DNA of 64,000 nucleotides from Heptranchias perlo (Eukaryota): NCBI RefSeq assembly GCF_035084215.1, contig NW_027139559.1, positions 6,758,001 to 6,822,000 of the forward strand, read 5' to 3'. Shown piece by piece: positions 27,582 to 35,934 of this stretch (position 1 is its first letter; each line of letters starts with the position of its first letter). The notes under the pieces were generated by a model. It saw only the letters and a program-made list of their open reading frames with translations, ran no database searches and was not told where the DNA came from. The position numbers and the translations under genes were made by a program.

Positions 27582-27614
27582 ATGCAAATAAGCTCACGCT
27601 CGCGCGATTTATAA
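27582..27614 (+). promoter_or_regulatory. Ig V-gene promoter: octamer plus TATA
   Basis: ATGCAAAT at 27582-27589 and TTTATAA at 27608-27614, ~100 nt upstream of the leader ATG. Confidence 0.75.
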
Positions 27615-27708
27615 GGACGGTGCTCAGATACACACGGTTACACAGCACAGTCGGTGTTGAGCTCTGGAGTTGGCCCTGTTTAAAGTGTTCACTGCTGGTG
27701 AAGAAACA

Positions 27709-27751
27709 ATGAATATTTTCTGGGTTTCGGTCCTTTTAGCCTCGTTACCGA
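27709..27751 (+). CDS. Leader exon of a VNAR-type variable gene
   Basis: [14 protein letters not shown], then phase-1 donor A|GTAAGT; closely resembles IgNAR leaders (MNIFLLSVLLA..P). Confidence 0.92.
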
Positions 27752-27889
27752 GTAAGTGCAGTTTATTAAAGAGATTAAATATTCCTTTAATAAAACTGTG
27801 TCTGCCTCCAAATTGTGGAAATTTCCTTGCTTTTAACTCTTGTATTGTTTCAGAGACGCGATGTATTAAATATGTTTTTCTCCATTCAG

Positions 27890-28174
27890 ATGCCTTCGGT
27901 GGAAGAGTAGTCCAAACACCGACAACGGCAACGAAAGAGGCAGGCGAGTGGCTGACCATCAATTGCGTCTTAACTGATTCTGGCGCTGCTAAGTTTCATA
28001 GCGCAAGATGGTACCGGCAATATCCGGGTACAATAGACAAGGTAGACATATCCATTGGCGGACGATTTGTTGAATCGTTCAACTGGGGAGTAAAGTCTTC
28101 TCTGCGAATCAACGACCTGACAGTTGAAGACAGCGCCACTTATTACTGCAAGGCTTACTACGGACTTGGTGTAC
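27890..28174 (+). CDS. Germline VNAR-type V segment (IgNAR or NAR-TCR family)
   Basis: Acceptor ttcag at 27885-27889. Encodes (N)[98 protein letters not shown] hallmarks: RV.QTP..TKE.GE.LTINCVL, ISIGGR.VES, no CDR2, DSATYYCKA. Open frame; only the two canonical Cys. Confidence 0.93.
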
Positions 28175-28212
28175 CACAGTAATGAATCTTGGATTCCCGT
28201 AACACATAAACT
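28175..28212 (+). other. V 3' recombination signal sequence (22/23-spacer class)
   Basis: CACAGTA (28175-81), 22-nt spacer, ACATAAACT (28204-12). Confidence 0.88.
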
Positions 28213-28537
28213 GTACCCAAACCTCTTAAAACAAAGTTAATACAGGTTATTCTCCAGGTGGCTAAAAACTTCACGGTTAAATACTCACTGTCTCTGTCAA
28301 GCATTGGCTAATATATTAAAAACTTTGTCTATTAATTTAGGTGATTGTTGTGTATATGTTATAATCATATTAATAATGGAACTTTGATATTTCTCCAGGA
28401 TTGGGATAAGAGACTGAGAATTCTAAACATCTGCTGGGATCCCAATATATAGGCAATGATTTGAATTATATTTACTGCATCTTTCAATCAATATCTTGGA
28501 CTATCTGAAGGGATTTCTGTGACATTTGTAGCAATGG

Positions 28538-28613
28538 ATTTCTTGTGCTGATCTGAAACGATGTGTGGCTGCAGTGACACACTGACACAGTGACTCGGGC
28601 CACGGCACAAACC
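28538..28613 (+). other. D segment (28566-28585) flanked by two 12-spacer RSSs
   Basis: 5' RSS: ATTTCTTGT (28538-46), 12 nt, CGATGTG (28559-65). D = TGGCTGCAGTGACACACTGA; only open forward frame is GCSDTL. 3' RSS: CACAGTG (28586-92), 12 nt, GCACAAACC (28605-13). Confidence 0.85.
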
Positions 28614-28926
28614 TCTCCAACAGTTATTTGTTTTACTACTCGTGAAGATGACTGCTTAATGTGCTTTCTTCCTTATGGTTGTTACTTCATAAAGTTTGAA
28701 ATCAATTCCAATTCGATCTTTGGTGATAATCTAGCTGAATTCCATGATATTGAATCAAGGGATTATCTTTTTCAGTGCTACAGGAGTTCGCATTGCACAT
28801 TGTAAATATCTGGTTCCACAGAAACTGACGGAAAATTAAGATAGGTTAATGACTGCAGTGCATTGGAAAGGTCATTGCAGCCGTGTTGTTTTGGTGTATT
28901 TATTACCGCACCTTAATTTCAATGAC

Positions 28927-29022
28927 CCTTTTTGAAGGAGGCTGACTGGGAGCTGAAAGACTGTGGCATTTACGGTTACTGTTCCTCTATTGGAACTGGC
29001 ACCGTGCTGACTGTGAACTCTG
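28927..29022 (+). CDS. NAR-type J segment (28966-29022) with 5' 23-spacer RSS
   Basis: CCTTTTTGA (28927-35), 23 nt, GACTGTG (28959-65). Encodes IYGYCSSIGTGTVLTVNS, then phase-1 donor G|GTAAGT at 29023. G.GTVLTVN is typical of IgNAR J segments. Confidence 0.9.
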
Positions 29023-29708
29023 GTAAGTGACCTCTCTTGCTACTTTATCAATAAGATTTTGTTCAGAGAAGATATGAAGAATTTGCATTCTCGTTAAAAT
29101 GCTCTTAAGTGCACAGGGCAATAGCCGAAACTGTTTTTGGAGGTTCGGTTAGCTTCGCTGTCAGTTTATTTGGTTTAAACTTAATAATCTTTTTCAAAAG
29201 TGATTATGCTCGAGAATAAAACGAACCTATGTTTAAATATATAACAATCCTGTATTTAAATACATAACGAACCTCAAAACAAGCCTGTTTTTAAATATAT
29301 AACTTACCACCTATGGATCATTTAAGATGCTGATTTATATAGTTATGAATCTTGCCGGTGTGATAGTTTAAACAGTTAAAACACACCCAGCCTAGTGCTG
29401 TTATTCTCCTCACTGAGGCGGCGCAGCATATCCCTAATATACATTATTTCTGATTCAAAGAATTAATAACATTCTGTGGCGAGGAAAGTTTGCTGCAAAC
29501 AAGGAATTAATTCAACGTGTAATTTTATGAAATATTGAGTACGAATTACTTTCCCCCTCTAAAATCACCCCTTATCCAATAAAAAAAAGCTGTTAAATTA
29601 ATACCGGTACCGAACCTTCGAATATATTGTCCATTCGAATCTTGACATTTGTGACCCTGGATTAACGGCGCATGCGTCACAGTGACCCAGACAGAAAACA
29701 AAATGATT

Positions 29709-29981
29709 GGGGCTGAAATTGGTCTGATCGAGGAGCGCGATAGCAAATCGGCCGCCCGTATACACCGCGTCAGATTTTCCTTTATATTGACTTGGAAAAT
29801 ATTCGGAATATTCTTCCGATCAAACCAAGTAAAACGGACAGTGAAACTATCCGAATCTCCAAAAGAGCTCGAACTATCGTTCTGTCAAATTCAGTGGAAA
29901 TAAGGCCTGGCGGGGTGTAAAACAGGCCGCCGATTCGCTAGGATCCTGTGTCGCGTTACTGGCGTCGGCCAATTTCATCCC
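29709..29981. mobile_element. Palindromic MITE (non-autonomous DNA transposon)
   Basis: TIR GGGGCTGAAATTGG...CCAATTTCATCCC, plus internal inverted arms (TAGCAAATCGGCCGCC / GGCCGCCGATTCGCTA; TACACC / GGTGTA). Confidence 0.65.
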
Positions 29982-30167
29982 AAGAACTATAGGTCTGTGG
30001 GAGGCCTGTTTCCATGGAAGCCAGTCTCCTGGACACTCATATTTCAGACAACAGAAACACTCTGTGTTTAAGATTGTGCCGAGTAGCAGAGAACATTGAA
30101 ATTGCGGTGGGTTTGAGTGTGAGAAGTGAAATTCTCTTTTAATGTCTGCGTATAGAAATAAATATAA

Positions 30168-30275
30168 GGAGTCTTACAACACCAGGTTATCGTCCAAAAG
30201 CTGTTGGACTATAACCTGGTGTTGTAATTCTCTTTACATTTGTCCACCTCAGTCTATCACCGGCATCTGCACATT
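30168..30275. mobile_element. Penelope terminal fragment forming a fold-back
   Basis: TTACAACACCAGGTTAT-CGTCCAAAAGCTGTTGGAC-TATAACCTGGTGTTGTAA (30174-30227); same sequence as the PLE end at 8340-8365. Confidence 0.7.
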
Positions 30276-30779
30276 ATAGAAATAAAGTAAACATTATTGT
30301 ATGCCTCGTGGAGAATCGTGAAGACTTTGACTCACTGTTTATACATTTTACTGTCCGTTTCCTTATTTAATTTGAAGAAACAATGTGATTGTTTGGAGCC
30401 TGAGTGTTGGTCTGAGAGATTGGATATTCAGTCAGCATTTCGAAGAAAGGAGAATCCCAGAGCTGATGTGCAGAGTAAGGGGGGTGTTTTTGCCATCCCA
30501 TGGTCTGGATATCGCTTGCCTGGAGATTGGACAGGTTAAGCGTCGGTGCAGATGATGGGAGGGGCGGGTCCGCATACCTGGGTACCAAGCGACACTGAAT
30601 CCGAGAAAATATGTACCTAAAAATCATAAAACATTGAAGTCGATCTACATAATTCCATTAAATACCCCCTGGTCAGGTACAATAAGGGTTAGGTAGAAAA
30701 GAAGAATGTGTTTGCATTTACAAACGCATTTCCCATGACCTCGCGACGTTCCAAAGCGCTTTACAGCCAATGAATTTGT

Positions 30780-31740
30780 CGAGTAAATCCCCCTCTACAC
30801 TGTGTCATACAACACTCCCAGTTCAGGAGCACTAGGGGTCAGATAGAGGGGACAACTCCCGCTACACTGTCCCACCAAACACTCCCAATGCAAGTACAGC
30901 ACAGGATCGATACAGGGTAAAGCTCGCTCGAGAATGTCCCGTCAAACACTCCCAGTTCAAGAGCAGTAGGGGTTAGACAGAGGATACAGCTTCCTCTACA
31001 CTGTGTCATACAACACTCCCCGTTCAGGAGCAGTAGGGTTTAGATAGAGGGTACATCTCCCGCTACACTGTCCCACCAAACACTCCCAGTTCAGGAGCAG
31101 TAGGGTTTAGATAGAGGGTACAGCTCCCGCTGCACTGTCCCACCAAACACTCCCAGTGCAAGTACAGCACAGGATAGATACAGGGTAAAGCTCGCGGTAC
31201 AATTTCCCATCAAACAATCCCAGTTCAAGAACAGTAGGCGTTAGACAGACGGTACAGCTTCCTCTACACTGTGTCATGCAATAATCCCAGTGCAAGTACA
31301 GCACAGGATAGATACACAGTAAAGCTCCATCTACGCTGTTACAACAAACGGCCAGAGGGCAGGTACAGCACGGGGTTAGATACGGAATAAACGTCCATCT
31401 ACACTGTCACATCAAACACTCCCACCGCAGGTACAGGGTTAGATATAGAGCAAAGCTCCCTCCACAATGTCTATCAAACACTCCCAGGTCAGGTACAACA
31501 AGGGTTAGATACAGAGTTACGCTCCCTCTCCGCTGTCCCATCAAACAATCCTAGAGCAGGTACAGCTCGGGTTAGATACAGAGGAAAGCTCCCTCTACAC
31601 TGTCCCATCAAACACTCCCAGAGCAGGTACAGCACGGGTTCGATACAGAGTTGCGGTTCCTCGACAGTCTCCCATCAAACACTCCCAGGGCAGGTACAGC
31701 TCCGGTTAGATAGAGGGTAAAGCTGCTCTACACTCTATCC
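30780..31740. repeat. ~65-bp tandem repeat (partial copies also at ~32580-32760)
   Basis: ACACTGTCCCATCAAACACTCCCAGGGCAGGTACAGCACGGGTTAGATACAGAGTAAAGCTCCCTCT-like units. Confidence 0.9.
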
Positions 31741-33084
31741 ATAGGAGAAGGTAGATTGCCAACCTTACCGGATACAAGAGCAGATTACCTGAATGGCCCC
31801 TGACATGGAACCTGAGAAAATGTCCAGCATAAAGCTCCCAAAATGTGGCAGTCAGTAACATTAGAGAATACTGTCTTTGAACGGGAGCAACGAGATGCAG
31901 ATTGTACTAGAAACATTGGTGAAGCGAAAAGTTTCATCACAGACATAGAACACGGCACTTATCGAAAGGAAAAACCTTCTAAGAGCAGAAGAATGTGCGC
32001 GGGCAGAAACTCCGATTGGTTCCTTTACACGGATCCATGCAAATTGTTCTCCCATGAATTCCCTCCGAAAACAATTGATACTCCCCAGTTTAAATAATCC
32101 TAAATCTTACAACTTTCTCTTCCGAAATCATAAGACCATCCACTTAATCTGTACGTTCCACTAAACCAGATGTCAACTGGTTTATTAAAAACGGGTTAAC
32201 CCCTCCCGTAGGATAGTCAAGCGTTAACCGTGGATCCCTGAGACGGCCAACAGTGATTTTTAGGGTTAATTTCCTTCCTTGCCTCCTCTGAGCGAAAAAA
32301 AGGAATGAAGCAATAGTATTAATATCTCTGTCAATGGTATTCACTTTACCACTATCATTGGGAGATCTTTTGATATAATCACCCAATTTACACAAAGATT
32401 GCAAATTTAGTACTTGCATTCTGTCGCCGTTGTTCAGATAAATAACTTGTTCACTTCCACCTTTTGTTCAGTAAGTATTGATTTTGAGACAGTTGCTGAT
32501 GTCAGAGCAGGTTCATCCAGAAGCATCGAGTTATACTGCCAGCGACACATGGGTCTCTGGTCAATCGCCCCCTGCATTAACACATCAAACTCTTCCAGGT
32601 CAGATAGAGAGTAAAGCTCCCTTTACACTGTCCCCATCAAATACTCCCACGGCAGGAACAGCACGAATTGGATAAAAAATAAAGATCCCTCTACACTGTC
32701 CCATCAAACATTCCCATGGCAGGTACAGCACGGGTTAGATTCAGAGTAAAGCTCCCGCTTCAATGTCTGATCAAGCAATCTGATGGGCCTGATGCAATGT
32801 GTGTCTCCTTCCAATCTGCCTGAAAAAACCCGTTCAAGTGAGATATCTTGAACCTTGAATGCTCAGAGTGCTGACACTTTGGGCCACCTGTCTTATCTCA
32901 GTAACTTTCTAAATGTGTTATGAGGCACTTTCAGAAATTCCCTGCTCTGGTCTCCGCTTCCCATTACCTCCTATTCCCACATCTTCCCGCAGCCTCATAA
33001 AACCACTGAACACCCCATCCTCGGACACAATGATCCTAAAGAGAAACAAGACACGGATATGAAGCTGTGATCAATGCAGTGAGA

Positions 33085-33090
33085 TTTATT
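33085..33090 (-). terminator. Polyadenylation signal of the defensin-like gene
   Basis: AATAAA on minus strand ~150 nt after the stop codon. Confidence 0.6.
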
Positions 33091-33242
33091 TCTGAGTAAA
33101 GCCCATTATTCAGACAGCAGTAATACAGGGTCAGGGGTTGTGGGACCTACACAATCAAACAGAGCCAGCTCCCCGTGAACGAAGGTTTCATTCAGTGAGA
33201 ACTTGGAGAGCTCGGGCTGGTGAGAATCCATCACTGGATCTT

Positions 33243-34802
33243 TCACTCGTTCGGTCCACAGCATTGGAACCCAACGCCGCAGAATATCGGCAGTGTCTCC
33301 CCGTTTGTGTTACAGGGGCCTTCACGACACATTGCTCCAAACAAGCTGCAGGTGTCGACGTGACCTAAAATCCAAAATGAAGAGTTAATTAATTGACCGT
33401 TCTGGACACAGAGGGAAGGAGAACAATGAGAAAACATGAAGCTGAGTCTGTCCGTGTTACTGGGACTCACTCTGGACCACACATGAACCTCAGCTCATTT
33501 GTACTTCATTAAACCTCCCCGACCTGCAGAGACTCACTCTTTGTTCTCAAGGGCAGCCCAATAGTTTTTTCCACAGAATTGAGCCCACCGTTCGCGCTTT
33601 CTGAGACTAGAGACAAAGAAAAGAAAGATCTAACAATTCCATGGCGCCTTTCCCGTTAACACAAGGGCCCAAAGAGTTTCACAGACAAAGGATTATTTCT
33701 GAAGTACCGACACTGTTTTGTAACCAAATTGCTCACAGCAAAGTCCCACAAACAGCAAATGAGATTTGACAGTGTGGGGAGTTTCTGGTGATGTTAGTTG
33801 AGAGAGTGATGTTGGTCCAAGAAACCAGGAGAACTCCCAGCTCTTCAAATAATGTCACCAAGTGTTTCCTGCCCCATGAACAGGTAGACAGGGTCTCCGT
33901 TTAACGATTCATTCAAAAGATGACACCTCCAACAGTGCTGCACTCCCCCAGTGCTGGGCTGTATGTACTGGAGTGGAACATCAGCCCATAACTTGTTCAC
34001 TCAACTCCCAACTGAGGCAAACTGACACCCGGCTCCTGAAAATTGATAGTTTCACCCCTTGACTCGTCCACTTATTTAGTGTCCTCATATCCTGATCTCT
34101 ATGAAGGCTGCAGAATTATTAGTATTTAAAAACCTATTTTGAAACCCTTTTGATCCAATCCCCTCCCCTCATGTTATGAAAATCTGACTCATGTCTGGGG
34201 ATCGGTTCCTCAGACGCCTCCAGTATCACTCCCAATTCACCATTCTTTGTCTGTGGGTATGAGCAGTGAGTGTGGGGGAAAGGGGCTGAAATAGTTCCAG
34301 ATCCCGTCCACATTCTCACCCTTTGTAGCAGGCAGCACTGATCGGGAGCAGGAGCTGTGAGATTCCCACTCCACAGTACCTGGGTACCGAGGCCAATTAC
34401 AGTCTCCCAAACAGGTCAATGCCCCGGTTGAGATCCGGTGACTCGGCACTGGCCAGTAATTTGTGCTTTAATTCCTGGTCTGTTTGGATCCTCACACAAC
34501 ACCCACCATTCCCACTCCCCGCTCAGGTACCGACTAAACAATCGGGGGATTTACCTGTTGAACTGGTTCAGATTAAATTCTTCAGTCATTCTTAAAATTT
34601 TACAATCGTGATCATTTAACCAATCGAACAGTGAGATTCAGTCAGAGAATAAAATAGTTTAAACACAATGAAACTGTCTGAACACTTGGTGCTGAGATCG
34701 GAGAAATTTACCTCCGAAACCATTGTAACCATCACAAGATTGAGCAGTGATGGACTGAGTCAGCACCAGGACTACAAATGCCAAGAACAGAACTTTCATC
34801 AT
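33243..34802 (-). CDS. Three-exon secreted beta-defensin-like prepropeptide (93 aa). Exon 1 34802-34712, exon 2 33606-33538, exon 3 33364-33243.
   Basis: Spliced product MMKVLFLAFVVLVLTQSITA-QSCDGYNGFGVSESANGGLNSVEKTIGLPLRTKS-HVDTCSLFGAMCREGPCNTNGETLPIFCGVGFQCCGPNE*. Cys spacing C-x6-C-x4-C-x10-C-x5-CC. GT/AG sites G|GTAAAT, ctag|TC, A|GTGAGT, tttag|GT; both introns phase 1. 91+69+122 = 282 nt, in frame. Confidence 0.8.
33620..34030 (-). mobile_element. Diverged SacSINE/DeuSINE-like copy in intron 1 of the defensin-like gene
   Basis: CACAGCAAAGTCCCACAAACAGCAA and ACAGTGCTGCACTCCCCCAGT, reverse complement of the SINE at 10905-11362. Confidence 0.65.
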
Positions 34803-34880
34803 CTTCCGCTGAGTTCCTCAGCGTCAGGATCAGTCGGCAGGAGTACTCGCGTTCTGTATCTAGACTCAGAGAGTTTGCTG

Positions 34881-34941
34881 TATTTATAATCACGTATATG
34901 GGGAGTGACTCTCTGAAAATATCCAGGGAAAGGAATTTCCC
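34881..34941 (-). promoter_or_regulatory. Defensin-like gene promoter: TATA box and NF-kB site
   Basis: TATAAATA at 34888-34881 and GGGAAATTCC at 34941-34932 (minus strand), ~80 and ~135 nt upstream of the ATG. Confidence 0.7.
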
Positions 34942-35144
34942 TTCTGTGTGATGGTGGATCAGTTGGCAGCTTGCCTTAGTTGGCAGTTCTCTATCTTTCA
35001 GATCACAAGGTTGTGTTTTTGGTCCCACTTCAGGTTTTAAAACATGAGCTCATCTGACAGGATGTGCCAGGAACACAAGCAGGACATTTAACCCTTAACT
35101 CCACCCCAAGTATTGCATCCACATGAGCTCTAAATCAGACCCCT

Positions 35145-35530
35145 CCTTACTGCCCGCTCTCCGTGCACTTTAATATGCCAACTAGACTGATGTCTCTTGC
35201 GCCGAGCCCCTCTCGGGCAGTGATGGACTGAGTTAGAACCAGGACACCAACTACCGAGAGAAGCGCTTTTATCAGTTCTGGCACAGAGAGTTTGCTGCAT
35301 TTCATCATCACACACACGGGGACTGACCGCTGTCTGATAATATCCTGAGAAATGTTATTTCCCTTCTCTATTACTGCTGATTAGTTGGCAGGTGGACTAA
35401 GTTGGCAGTTCTCGATCTTTCAGATAACAAGGTTGTGAGCTTGGGCCCACATAAAAGGCTTAACACGTGAGTTCAGGTGACAGGATGTGCCAGGTAGACG
35501 AACATGGCTTTTAACCCATCAACTCCAACC
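35145..35530 (-). pseudogene. Degenerate tandem duplicate of the defensin-like promoter and exon 1
   Basis: 35216-35530 parallels ~34744-35110. Encodes IKALLSVVGVLVLTQSITA (ATA where the intact copy has ATG). TATA and kB sites are mutated. Confidence 0.65.
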
Positions 35531-35619
35531 GCACTATTCTCTCCACATGAAACCGAACCCCTCGCTCCATCTCGCTCCACTTGCTGTTTAATATTTCGCA
35601 GTCTGATTTCACTTCCAAG

Positions 35620-35892
35620 GTTAAACAGACACAGAATGATCCGAGACTGACAGCACATCCCTTTTAACAGACACAGAATGATTCGAGACTGTCAGCACAT
35701 CGCTTTTAAACAGACACAGAATGATCCGGGACTGACAACAACACCCTTTCAAATAGACACAGACCCAGAATGATCCGGGACTGACAACAACACCCTTTCA
35801 AACAGACACAGATCCAGAATGATCCGGGACTGACAACAACACCCTTTTTAACAGACACAGACCCAGAATAATCCTGGACTGACATCACATAC
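35620..35892. repeat. ~42-48-bp tandem repeat
   Basis: AAACAGACACAGA(CCCAGA)ATGATCCGGGACTGACAACAACACCCTTT units. Confidence 0.85.
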
Positions 35893-35934
35893 CTTTGAGA
35901 GAAAGCGAAACTGAATAAATACGGCATGAAACTC

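Noticed and set aside
30430-30560. Possible Ig constant exon (EERRIPELMCRVRGVFLP...DIAC) downstream of the J
   Set aside because: Only a faint LxCxVxG echo; no conserved Trp, no second Ig Cys motif, an early stop and no convincing acceptor. An HMM search would be needed to exclude a very decayed C exon.
32144-32419. Minus-strand ORF with KLTLKITVGRLRD resembling V-domain strand E
   Set aside because: No Cys, Trp or YYC landmarks and no RSS.
34320-34355. Extra Cys-Cys mini-exon in intron 1 of the defensin-like gene
   Set aside because: The 35-nt candidate would break the phase-1/phase-1 frame and has a weak polypyrimidine tract.
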